A DNA stretch of 64,000 bases from Macrostomum lignano (Eukaryota). Below the pieces are notes generated by a model. The model worked only from the letters and a program-made list of their open reading frames with translations, was not told the DNA's origin and searched no databases. Location: the NCBI GenBank assembly GCA_002269645.1, contig NIVC01000303.1, positions 1-64,000 on the forward strand, read 5' to 3'. The translations under genes were made by a program, and so were the position numbers. Of the stretch, positions 24,129 to 36,156 are shown in pieces (position 1 is the first letter of the stretch; each line of letters begins with the position of its first letter).

Positions 24129-27100
24129 GCTCTGGTCCTGGCACAGCTCAGCATGAGGTGCCAGCTCCGCAGCAGGAGCCGGAAGCAGACTCAGTCTAAT
24201 TCTGTGTCTACTCTTGACTGCCAAGGCCAGCTGGTGCAAAGTCATGTTGGCCACGGGTTCGCCTTCGAGTTCCAGCAGCTGGTCGCCTGGCTGGATGCCC
24301 TGCGGATTTTGTGAGGAGTCGAACAGACGGATTAGGATGAGGGAATGGGAATTATTGGGATCCGGGAATGAGGATTGTTGGGATCAGGGAATGAGGATTA
24401 TTGGGATCAGGGAATGAAGATTATTGAGATCAGGGAATGAGGATTATTGGGATCAGGGAATGAGGATTATTGAGATTAGAGAATGAGGACTATTGGGATC
24501 AGGGAATGAAAATTATTGGGAGCAGGGAATCAGGATTATTGAGATTAGAGAATGAGGATTATTGAGAGCAGGGAATCAGGATTATTGGGATCAGGGAATG
24601 AGGATTATTGGGAGCAGGGAATGAGGTTTATTGGGAGCAGGGAATGAGGATTATTGGGAGCAGGGAATGAGGATTATTGGGAGCAGGGAATGAGGATTAT
24701 TGGGATCAGGGAATGATAATTATTGGGATCAGGGAATGAGGATTATTGAGATCAGAGAATGAGGATTATTGGGATCAGTGAATGAGGATTTTTGGAGCAG
24801 GAAATGAGGATTATTGGGAGCAGGGAATGAGGATTATTGGGAGCAGGGAATGAGGATTTTTGGAGCAGGGAATGAGGATTATTGGAGCAGGGAATGAGGA
24901 TTTTTGGAGCAGGGAATAAGGATTATTGGGAGCAGGGAATGAGGATTATTGAGATTAGAGAATGATGATTATTGGAATCAAAGAATGAGGATTATTGGGA
25001 TCAGGGAATGAGGATTATTGAGACTAGAGAATGAGGATTATTGGAATCAAGGAATCAGGATTATTGGGATCAGGGAAAGAGGATTATTGGAATCAAGGAA
25101 TGAGGATTATTGGGATCAAGGAATGAGGATTATTGGGATCAGGGGATGAGGCTTGTTGGGATCAGGGAATTGATTTTTGGGATCAGGAGATGAAGACTAT
25201 TTGGAGCAGGGAATGAGAATTATTGAGATTAGAGAATGAGGATTATTAGAATCAAGGAATGAGGATTATTGGGATCAGGGAATGAGGATTATTGAGATTA
25301 GAGATTGAGGATTATTGGGGCAGTGAATGAGTATTATTGAGATTAGAGAATGAGGATTATTGGAATCAAGGAATGAGGATTATTGAGATCAGGGAATGAA
25401 GATTATTGGGATCAGGGAATGAGGATTATTGGGAGCAGGGAATGAGGATTATTGGGAGCAGGGAATGAGGATTATTGGGAGCAGGGAATGAGGATTATTG
25501 GGAGCAGGGAATGAGGATTATTGGGAGCAGGGAATGAGGATTATTGGGATCAGGGAATGATAATTATTGGAATCAAGGAATGAGGATTATTGAGATCAGG
25601 GAGTGAGGATTATTGGGATCAGGGAAAGAGGATTATTGGGAGCAGGGAATGAGGATTATTGGGAGCAGGGAATGAGGATTATTGGGAGCAGGGAATGAGG
25701 ATTATTGGGAGCAGGGAATGAGGATTATTGGGAGCAGGGAATGAGGATTATTGGGATCAGGGAATGATAATTATTGGGATCAGGGAATGAGGATTATTGA
25801 GATCAGAGAATGAGGATTATTGGGATCAGGGAATGAGGATTTTGGGAGCAGGGAATGAGGATTATTGGGATCAGGGAATGGGGAATATTAAGGTCAGGCA
25901 AGTCAATTGTAAATGAATATTGTAGCATTATCGAATGAAGTGACTAGGGATTATCTAAGGTTTATTAAAAACACTAAACTAGATAGTAATGCTGCCATCT
26001 GTATCGGAACAAACCTCATCACTAGCCGCACTGCCCGTCACCACAGAAGCCACCACAAACGGCGACCTCTGCAGCGGCTGCCGCAGCTCCCGCCCGGTGG
26101 CCAGGCGCACAGAAAATCCAAACGAACTCGCCGAAGCATCCTTGAGCAGCGTCACTCGACGGATCCGATCTTCGCTGCTCGATGATTGCGACGCCTGCGG
26201 CTGTCTTGCCGGACGTCCGAGTCGAAAGGAGCTCGATTGCTGCTGCTGCTGCTGTTGTTGTTGAAGCAGATTCTGGGACCAGAACTGGCTCCAGGGAAAA
26301 TAGCCGCCGCCAGGTATTGCGGACATGGGAGACGCGGCCGCTACGGAGTGATGAAGCGCGTAAGAACCAGGATAAGGAGTCGACATTGGTACAAAGTAGA
26401 ACCCGGAAGGTGGCGGATTTTGGCCGAATGAGTTCGCTTGGTGATGAGGCTTTGGCGGCAGCTGGCTTGAGAGTGGGAAGTCGGCTGGATGTCGAGGAAT
26501 GGAAATGATTTTTTGTAAGAAACTGCAAATTAATATATGATCTATCAACAAAGTCAATCAATCAAGCAATCAAGCAATCATCAAGAAATCAATAATTCAA
26601 TCAACTAATCAATTAATCAAATAAGTCAGGGTCGCTGATACACATTACTGGCATTTGAAGCACTATACTACTGACAGGTGACACACTATATTACTGACAG
26701 GTGACACACAATATACTACTGACAGGTGACACACAATATACTACTGACAGGTGACACAAAATATATTACTGACAGGTGACACACAATATACTACTGACAG
26801 GTGACACACAATATATTACTGACAGGTGACACACAATATACTACTGACAGGTGACACATACTACTTTTGATGCATCATCAAAATTCACTTTTTGTTAAAC
26901 TAAGATTTCTGTTCAATTCAATCAGCCAGAGAAGAGGGCCATTTGCTTCGAGGCAAAATGTCACCCAAGGATAAATTTTCTACCCCGTGGTTCATGCTGC
27001 ATGTCTAAAAACCAAAAAAAAAATTGGAAGCGAAAATCCCCAATATCTCTTCGACTGCATGGGATCTTCCCAAGGGATGCAGGTTTGTTGTCAGTCAACC

Positions 27101-30100
27101 ATTGAACTGCACAAGTCTTTTTTTTGCCATCGTACGACCGTATCGGCAAAGTGCACAGTTGCAGCTTGTGTGCGATGCGATGGATGACAAGGGAAAGTTG
27201 ATTTAGATAGGAATAGGAATTAATGATGATTAGAGAGAAGTGATCTGGTATAGCTAGTTTGCATCAACTGGTAATGAGCGCGAGGAAATAATTGGTTGGA
27301 AAGAGAGGGATGGAGAGGAAAATATTTCAGAGAGGGAGACAGAGAGAGAAGAGAGGGAGACAGAGAGAAGAGAGGGAGACAGAGAGAAGAGAGGGAGACA
27401 GAGAGAAGAGAGGGAGACAGAGAGAAGAGAGGAAGACAGAGAGAAGAGAGGGAGACAGAGAGAAGAGAGGGAGACAGAGAGAAGAGAGGGAGACAGAGAG
27501 AAGAGCGGAAGACAGAGAGAAGAGCGGGAGACAGAGAGAAGAGCGGGAGACAGAGAGAAGAGCGGGAGACAGAGAAGAGAGAGAGAGACAGAGAGAAGAG
27601 CGGGAGACAGAGAGAAGAGCGGGAGACAGAGAGAAGAGCGGGAGACAGAGAGAAGAGCGGGAGACAGAGAGAAGAGCGGGAGACAGAGAGAAGAGCGGGA
27701 GACAGAGAGAAGAGCGGGAGACAGAGAGAAGAGCGGAAGACAGAGAGAAGAGCGGGAGACAGAGAGAAGAGCGGGAGACAGAGAGAAGAGCGGGAGACAG
27801 AGAGAAGAGAGGAAGACAGAGAGAAGAGAGGGAAACAGAGAGAAGAGAGGGAGACAGAGAGAAGAGAGGGAGACAGAAAGAAGAGAGGGAGACAGAGAGA
27901 AGAGAGGGAGACAGAGAGAGAAGAGAGGGAGACAGAGAGAAGAGAGGGAAACAGAGAGAAGAGAGGGAAACAGAGAGAAGAGAGGGAGACAGAGAGAAGA
28001 GAGGGAGACAGAGAGAGAAGAGAGGGAGACAGAGAGAAGAGAGGGAAACAGAGAGAAGAGAGGGAAACAGAGAGAAGAGAGGGAGACAGAGAGAAGAGAG
28101 GGAAACAGAGAGAAGAGAGGGAGACAGAGAGAAGAGAGGGAGACAGAAAGAAGAGAGGGAGACAGAGAGAAGAGAGGGAGACAGAAAGAAGAGAGGGAGA
28201 CAGAGAAGAGAGAGGGAGACAGAGAGATGAGAGGGAGACAGAGAGAAGAGAGGGAGACAGAGAGAGAGAGAGGAGACAACGAACACAAACAAAACACACA
28301 TCTGCAATCGCTCGAAGAATCTGCACAAAAGTACACAGACTACCGGTTTTCCCAGATACGTTTAGCTCCATCTGCTGACAAGAACTCCCTGCAGCTGAAC
28401 TTTATCTGGTCGTCTTAAATTTCTCTTTCCCAAAACTGTGCGTCCATTCGGTCTGCCTACTGACTGCAGCGGGCTGGTGAACCAAACGAGTTCGACCATA
28501 GTCAGTGCTGGACCCCACCATCCGTGATCCCGCAGCTTTCGAGATCTGCTTCTGCCTCTGTGTGTTCTACACTCCTTTCTTTATGAGGGAAATTTGTCTG
28601 TGTACAACAGCCGCTGCGGCTTCGCTCTGTCACTTTCTCTCCCTTAGTTTCTCGTCCTTCAAATCTAGGTCATAAACCTTGGATGTGCAACGGGCACGCG
28701 CTTCTTTCTAAAAGGTGCGGATTTGCAATATTGCCTGCCAAACATGTTGTCACTTTGCAATTTTTTAGCAATTCTGCTGTCGGAGAAATGCGTTATCCGA
28801 ACTTCTGTTTTGCTCAATTACAGCTGGTTCGTTAAGGTATAGATGTCTGTGAGGGTCGCCATGAGGTTTCTGTAAGCGTCGCCATGAGGTGTCTATACGC
28901 CCGTATTGGACGCTATGAGGTATCTTCTGGGGAAGCCATGAGGTGTCTTCTGGGGGGACGCCATGAGGTGTCTTCTGGGGGGACGCCATGAGGTGTCTTC
29001 TGGGGGACGCCATGAGGTGTCTTCTGGGGACGCCATGAGGTGTCTTCTGGGGAAGCCATGAGGTATCTTCTGGGGGGACGCCATGAGGTATCTTCTGGGG
29101 AGGCCATGAGGTGTCTTCTGAGGAAGCCATGAGGTGTCTTCTGGGGAAGCCATGAGGTGTCTTCTGGGGAAGCCATGAGGTGTCTTCTGGGGAAGCCATG
29201 AGGTGTCTTCTGGGGAAGCCATGAGGTGTCTTCTGGGGGGACGCCATGAGGTATCTTCTGGGGAGGCCATGAGGTGTCTTCTGAGGAAGCCATGAGGTGT
29301 CTTCTGGGGACGCCATGAGGTATCTTCTGGGGGGACGCCATGAGGTATCTTCTGGGGGGACGCCATGAGGTGTCTTCTGGGGAAGCCATGAGGTGTCTTC
29401 TGGGGAAGCCATGAGGTGTCTTCTGGGGAAGCCATGAGGTGTCTTCTGGGGACGCCATGAGGTGTCTTCTGGGGGACGCCATGAGGTGTCATCTGGGGGA
29501 CGCCATGAAGTGTCATCTGGGGGACGCCATGAGGTGTCTTCTGGGGGACGCCATGAGGTGTATTCTGGGGGACGCTATGAGGTGTCTTCTGGGGACGCAA
29601 CGAGGTGTTCACCGAAAGCTTCACGAGGTGTCTACTGAGGTTGCCATGAAGTTGACGTGTCTACTAGGAGAGCATTGAGGTGTCTACTAGATGAGCATTG
29701 AGGTGTCTACTAGAAGAGCATTGAGGTGTCTAATCATAAGCAAGATCAGTCAATCACCTGTCAGGTCGCACTGTACCTCCCTGTCAGCTTTATCAGGCAG
29801 GCCGTACAGTCGCTGACGTTCAACACTGCTGTCAAGAGACGCTGGCGGAGCGTCGAAATCCTCGGCTAGAGAGGCCGGTACGGCGCCGGCCGCCGCGCCG
29901 ACGCGAAGGTGACGCGTCTTCATGAATTCGTCTTCCAGAGTGGACGAAGTCAGTGACGCTTGGTCTTCGGGACGGACTGCCGCGGCCGAGGAAGCGTACA
30001 GGAGTCGGTAGATGGACTGGCTGTCCGCGCCTGACTGAGCTGGAGTGTCTGCCAGCGATGAGGCTGAACGCGTTGGCGGGTGGGTTGGTTTGACGAATCC

Positions 30101-33100
30101 CAATGACAAGGATTGGATTCTTAATCCCAAAAGGAGTTCCGATTGGAATCTTTCCCAGCTATAAAGCTTCTATTCTTATTCCAAATTCAGACAAAATCGA
30201 AGTTTCATCCACACCCATGAAGGCCCAACCCCCAAGGCACAGGGAGCGCAGTATTGACGCGCTTGCATGCGCTCAGGAATCAGCGGAATGGGCGGATTTG
30301 CCGTCAGCGCTGGTTGTGTGACGATGTCGATATCATGGAATATAATATATTAATATCGCGACATCAAAGCCTTGATTAGGTAAACCCATTGATGATTATT
30401 AAGTTTGATAATCATTTTTACAGCTCGGGCCTCCTCACTCTTTGATCCCGAGCTCTCAGCAGTGGCGGCAGCAGCTGCGGCACCCGCGTCTCCGCTTTCA
30501 GCAGCCGGCCTTGCCGCTAAATGTCGATGTCGATGTCGCTGTCGATTATGCCGACGACGTCGTTCCTCGCCGCCGTCGTCGCCACCGCCGCTCGCCGAGA
30601 TCTCGGCTTGCTGCTTCCGTTTCTCCTCCAGCAAGCGTCGTGGACTGTTCAGAGCCCAGAAGCCTTTGTCGCGCAGGTCGGACAGCGGCATCCGGGATTT
30701 TGATGCCACCGCGGCGGCCGCAGCGTCGGTCAGCCGAACGTCGCTATCATACGAATCCCGCTCGCAGTCTGAACAGTCTTCTTTGTTGCTGCTGATGGCG
30801 CTGTTATTGTCGTCGAAGTCTTGGGCGCTGCTGCTGAGAGAGCTCGGGGCTTCGGCTGCTGTTGCTGCCGCTGAAGCAGAAATTGGCGGCTCTTCTTCCG
30901 GGAGCGAGGCGAATAGAGGCAGCTTTGATCTGTAGCGGACCTGTTGGAAACGTATTTGGCAGTCTTTTGTCACCTGTTGGATACTTGGATTGGAGACAGG
31001 AGTGTCACCTGTTAGACAGGAGTGTCACCTGTTGGATACTTGGATTGGAGACAGGAGTGTCACCTGTTAGACAGGAGTGTCACCTGCTAGGCAGAAGTGC
31101 CACCTGTTAGACAGGAGTCTAAGAAAAACGACCCAAAGAATCAAGGATGCTCAAATCCCCACCTGAAAAGTAGCCGACTTTAGTTTAATAACCGAAGCCG
31201 TTTTCTCGTCCGACAGTTTTCTAATGTGTCCGCTATCCGACAAAGTGATCCTCTCCTTGTCGGCCAGCTGCGCCGCCGCTCGAAGCCGTCTGGCCGCCGC
31301 CGCCGCCGACGCTGTAGCTTCGGTTAAACCGGTTGAGTTCGCGGCGGCGAACTCGCCACCAGCGCCGCTGACGGATGTTCGACGAAGCAAAGCTGGACGG
31401 CGAGTTGCGCCGCCGATGCTGGTGCCGACGCCGTCGTTGCTGATTGTTAGGGCGGCCATTTTTTGTCCGAATCGTTGTTGGAACTCAGCTGCGATGTGGT
31501 TCTCCTTGAAGGTGGTGCGAGTGGATCATTGATTGGGGTCATTTTCGGGTTATACATGTAAGGCCATGAGTTCTTTTGGATCATAGTATCAGGTTTATAC
31601 GAGCTTTGCAACGATGCGCAACCTTATATATGTCATCGTATTGGTGTCATAGGTTATGAATTGTGGGTCATAGACAGGTCATGCTGCTTAGGGTCATGGA
31701 TGAGTTGTGGGTCATGGACAGGTCATGCTGTTTAGGGTCATGGATGAGTTGTGGGTCATAGACAGGTCATGCTGTTTAGGGTCATGGATGAGTTGTGGGT
31801 CATAGACAGGTCATGCTGTTTAGGGTCATGGATGAGTTGTGGGTCATAGACAGGTCATGCTGTTTAGGGTCATGAATGGATCGTGGGTCATAGACAGGTC
31901 ATACAGTTGAGGGTCATGAATGGATCGTGGGTCATAGACAGGTCATACAGTTGAGGGTCATGAATGGATGGTGGGTCATAGACAGGTCATACTGTTGTAA
32001 GTCGTGAAAAAATCATGGATCATGGTTTTTCAAAATTTTCATCGCTTCATCGCCAACCTGCAACATAAGCTCGGCTCCTTTGAATCTGTCTCGACAAAGA
32101 GCCGCAAATTCTGGTCTTTGTTCGGCGGGCAGAAGCAACACAATTTCTCGCAGCAGATTAAACTTCTTTGGCGAATCGAGCAGCGGTTCAAGTCGGTCCA
32201 CAAGCTGGGCGGGTGTCTTTGTCGTACGAAACACCTTCAGGGCCTCCTTGAATGTCTGGCATTCTTCCGATGTAAGCACCTGGTGAGCCACTTTTCGAAG
32301 GCTCACACTCCTGCGTGCATTGACGGGTTGCCAGGGTTAGGTGTCGGGGAAAGTCATACGGTGTCAGTAGAAGCAGTTGGTTGTCAAATGAGTCATGATG
32401 GCGTCAGAATGAGGCAGTTGGGGTGTCAGGGAGAACACAGATGGGTTTGGCGTGTCAGAGAAAACACAGATGGGTGTCCGTGAAAACACAGATGGGTGTC
32501 CGTGAAAACACAGATGGGCGTCCGTGAAAACACAGATGGGTGTCCGTGAAAACACAGATGGGTGTCCGTGAAAACACAGATGGGTGTCCGAGAAAACACA
32601 GATGGGTGTCCGAGAAAACACAGATGGGTGTCCGTGAAAACACAGATGGGTGTCCGGGAAAACACAGATGGGTGTCCGAGAAAACACAGATGGGTGTCCG
32701 AGAAAACACAGATGGGTGTCCGTGAAAACACAGATGGGTGTCCGTGAAAACACAGATGGGTGTCCGAGAAAACACAGATGGGTGTCCGAGAAAACACAGA
32801 TGGGTGTCCGTGAAAACACAGATGGGTGTCCGAGAAAACACAGATGGGTGTCCGTGAAAACACAGATGGGTGTCCGTGAAAACACAGATGGGTGTCCGAG
32901 AAAACACAGATGGGTGTCCGAGAAAACACAGATGGGTGTCCGTGAAAACACAGATGGGTGTCCGGGAAAACACATGGGTGTCCGAGAAAACACAGATGGG
33001 TGTCCGAGAAAACACAGATGGGTGTCCGAGAAAACACAGATGGGTGTCCGAGAAAACACAGATGGGTGTCCGAGAAAACACAGATGGGTGTCCGAGAAAA

Positions 33101-34045
33101 CACAGATGGGTGTCCGAGAAAACACAGATGGGTGTCCGAGAAAACACAGATGGGTGTCCGTGAAAACACAGATGGGTGTCCGAGAAAACACAGATGGGTG
33201 TCCGAGAAAACACAGATGGGTGTCCGAGAAAACACAGATGGGTGTCCGAGAAAACACAGATGGGTGTCCGAGAAAACACAGATGGGTGTCCGAGAAAACA
33301 CAGATGGGTGTCCGAGAAAACACAGATGGGTGTCCGAGAAAACACAGATGGGTGTCCGAGAAAACACAGATGGGTGTCAGAAAAACCTGTGGGGTGTCAG
33401 AGAAAACAGTGGAGTGTCAATGCAGTGAAGTCAGACACTGCAGCCTTTTTTATCATAGCACAGATATTATCTAAGCTAATTTTGTGGCATCTGAATGACA
33501 CGCAAACTAACAAAACTAATTGATAAAATAAAATGCTAATAGAATAAATGACCAGCGAGTAGAAAAGTCATTTTAGCCGATTAGATCGCGCAACCAACAA
33601 TCTTAATTGAACCAATTAAATTTGCCATGGTCATAAATTGAGGCTAATTATTTTTCGGCTACTTCAATCAGAAAGCAATAAAACAAATTGCTTAGTACTG
33701 CGTCTGGTTATTCATTTATACTCGTAATTTGTTATTATTGCAGATCATTACCAACAGACTGTACTTTATAGAAGGATATATAATGAGACGACTTTAAAAA
33801 TCCTCGCGAACACAATGAAAAGATACTGATGCTGCTATAGGCGCTAAAATAGGGATGTCATGTAGGCGCCAAAATGAGGATGTCATGCTGGCGCCAAATA
33901 GGGATTTTATGGTGGCGCCGCCAAAATGGGGATGTCATGTTGGCTAGTACTAGTAAAATACTAGTGTCAACATTGGCGCCAAAATTCAACGAGGCATTTA
34001 AGCAACTTACTGACTATAATTTCGTTTATTACGCGCGGACGACAT
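24123..34045 (-). CDS. Whirlin/harmonin-family scaffold: N-terminal harmonin-homology domain (HHD), long low-complexity linker, one C-terminal PDZ; about 694 aa; exons 34045-34011, 32310-32058, 31504-31163, 30940-30439, 30063-29758, 26484-26015, 24299-24123
   Basis: HHD LRKVAHQVLTSEECQTF...LLDSPKKFNLLREI. PDZ split over two exons: RRVTLLKDASASSFGFSVRL...VVASVVTGSAASDE|GIQPGDQLLELEGEPVANMTLHQLALAVKSRHRIRLSLL. Mini-exon MSSARNKRNYS-CA|GTAAGT matches the phase-2 HHD acceptor. All phases are compatible (2,0,0,1,1,0) and the CDS totals 2085 nt. The 31504 acceptor and 30439 donor are tentative. Confidence 0.8.
24330..25885. repeat. 23-bp minisatellite (GGGATCAGGGAATGAGGATTATT) filling the last intron of the whirlin-like gene
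   Basis: Direct tandem periodicity, about 1.55 kb. Confidence 0.97.
26665..26840. repeat. 25-bp minisatellite (TACTACTGACAGGTGACACACAATA)
   Basis: About 7 units, period 25 (26719 to 26744). Confidence 0.9.
27325..28275. repeat. 20-bp AG-rich minisatellite (GAGACAGAGAGAAGAGAGGG)
   Basis: Direct periodicity; source of the 300-380 aa ORFs at 27220-28378. Confidence 0.97.
28858..29730. repeat. 21-24-bp minisatellite (GCCATGAGGTGTCTTCTGGGGAA)
   Basis: Direct periodicity with variable G-run length. Confidence 0.95.
31660..31995. repeat. 44-bp minisatellite (GGGTCATGGATGAGTTGTGGGTCATAGACAGGTCATGCTGTTTA)
   Basis: Period 44 (31691 to 31735), built from GGTCAT sub-repeats. Confidence 0.92.
32425..33405. 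repeat. 22-bp minisatellite (GAAAACACAGATGGGTGTCCGA)
   Basis: Period 22, about 44 copies; source of the FSRTPICVF ORFs. Confidence 0.98.
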
Positions 34046-34370
34046 TTCGAAGAAATTCCTAAAAAAGTCTCTAAAAAGTCTGCTTCTAAAAAACAAGGAC
34101 AGAAACTGCAGAGGCCAGTGGCTGGCCAAATGTTGCAGTGCAAACGATGATGCAGGGCCAGTTGCACTGCTTTGGAGCGCTGATATTTTTGCAGGCGGAT
34201 TTCTCTCTCTCTCTCTCTCTCTCTTCCTTCCTTCCGTTGTTCCCTTTCCCCATCGCTCCTGTATCACGGAAATGGGCCAATGGCGTGGCGGCCCAAGCCG
34301 CTGCTCCTCTCTCAGTCTATCTACGTTTCCTCTCTTCTGGATCCTCTCTCAGTCTTCTTCCCCTTAGTGG

Positions 34371-34706
34371 GAGCCTAGCTAGAAATGGCCAGCAGCCATG
34401 CTGCAGAGTTATTGGCAACCCCATTCACGGGTTGACAGGGTGGGTGAGGTAGGCAATTGGGGACTGCGGCCCCCCCCCACAATCGGCGGACAAAACATAG
34501 CACCCCATTCACGGCAGGTGCTGGCGCCCCTTGGTGTCCGAGCCTAGCTAGAAATGGCCAGCAGCCATGCTGCAGAGTTATTGGCAACCCCATTCACGGG
34601 TTGACAGGGTGGGTGAGGTAGGCAATTGGGGACTGCGGCCCCCCCCCCACAATCGGCGGACAAAACATAGCACCCCATTCACGGCAGGTGCTGGCGCCCC
34701 TTGGTG
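34371..34706. repeat. Tandem duplication of a unit of about 166 bp (period 169)
   Basis: GAGCCTAGCTAGAAATGG...CTGGCGCCCCTTGGTG at 34371-34536 and 34540-34706. Confidence 0.95.
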
Positions 34707-35809
34707 CTAAAGCCCCTTGGTGCTAAAGCCCCTTGGTGCTGAAGCCCCTTGGTGCTAAAGCCCCTTGGTGCTAAAGCCCCTTGGTGCTAAAGCCCCTTGG
34801 TGCTAAAGCCCCTTGGTGCTAAAGCCCCTTGGTGCTAAAGCCCCTTGGTGCTAAAGCCCCTTGGTGCTAAAGCCCCTTGGTGCTAAAGCCCCTTGGTGCT
34901 AAAGCCCCTTGGTGCTAAAGCCCTTTGGTGCTAAAGCCCCTTGGTGCTAAAGCCCCTTGGTGCTAAAGCCCCTTGGTGCTAAAGCCCCTTGGTGCTAAAG
35001 CCCCTTGGTGCTAAAGCCCCTTGGTGCTAAAGCCCCTTGGTGCTAAAGCCCCTTGGTGCTAAAGCCCCTTGGTGCTAAAGCCCCTTGGTGCTAAAGCCCC
35101 TTGGTGCTAAAGCCCCTTGGTGCTAAAGCCCTTTGGTGCTAAAGCCCCTTGGTGCTAAAGCCCCTTGGTGCTAAAGCCCCTTGGTGCTAAAGCCCCTTGG
35201 TGCTAAAGCCCCTTGGTGCTGGCGCCCCTTGGTGCTAAAGCCCCTTGGTGCTAAAGCCCCTTGGTGCTAAAGCCCCTTGGTGCTAAAGCCCCTTGGTGCT
35301 AAAGCCCCTTGGTGCTAAAGCCCCTTGGTGCTAAAGCCCCTTGGTGCTGGCGCCCCTTGGTGCTAAAGCCCCTTGGTGCTAAAGCCCCTTGGTGCTAAAG
35401 CCCCTTGGTGCTAAAGCCCCTTGGTGCTAAAGCCCCTTGGTGCTAAAGCCCCTTGGTGCTAAAGCCCCTTGGTGCTAAAGCCCCTTGTGCTAAAGCCCCT
35501 TGTGCTAAAGCCCCTTGGTGCTAAAGCCCCTTGGTGCTAAAGCCCCTTGGTGCTAAAGCCCCTTGGTGCTGGCGCCCCTTGGTGCTAAAGCCCCTTGGTG
35601 CTAAAGCCCCTTGGTGCTAAAGCCCCTTGGTGCTAAAGCCCCTTGGTGCTGGCGCCCCTTGGTGCTAAAGCCCCTTGGTGCTAAAGCCCCTTGGTGCTAA
35701 AGCCCCTTGGTGCTAAAGCCCCTTGGTGCTAAAGCCCCTTGGTGCTAAAGCCCCTTGGTGCTAAAGCCCCTTGGTGCTAAAGCCCCTTGGTGCTAAAGCC
35801 CCTTGGTGC
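34697..35809. repeat. Highly homogeneous 16-bp minisatellite (CCCCTTGGTGCTAAAG), about 70 copies
   Basis: Direct periodicity; rare variant unit CCCCTTGGTGCTGGCG. Confidence 0.98.
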
Positions 35810-36156
35810 ATGTTTAATTCTGAAACTTTTTATCCTGGAAAAGCTTTTTCCGCAATTAGTTTTCCATTATTTTATATTATCACAAGCATGTATAACTGCA
35901 TGCTTGTGAGCTTGGCAGCTCTTTGATCCAAGTGAATATAATGGGCTATATATAGATTTGCGCGGAATTTTATAAAAAGTATAATTGAGCAATCACTCTG
36001 AAAATTTATAGTGACAATGCGCCTGAGCAATTGCCCGTCAAACTTGAGCATCAGGAATTATAATAGTTATTGAGCATCAGGAATTAGAGTAGTTAAATAT
36101 ACAGTGAATGGGTGATGGTATGTGGATATTTTAAGCCAGCTGTGTATGCATGCGGT

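Noticed and set aside
27220-29678. 200-380 aa ORFs on both strands
   Set aside because: Stop-free minisatellite read-through inside an intron.
32364-33523. FSRTPICVF / KTQMGVRE ORFs of about 300 aa
   Set aside because: Products of the 22-bp array; open in several frames and on both strands.
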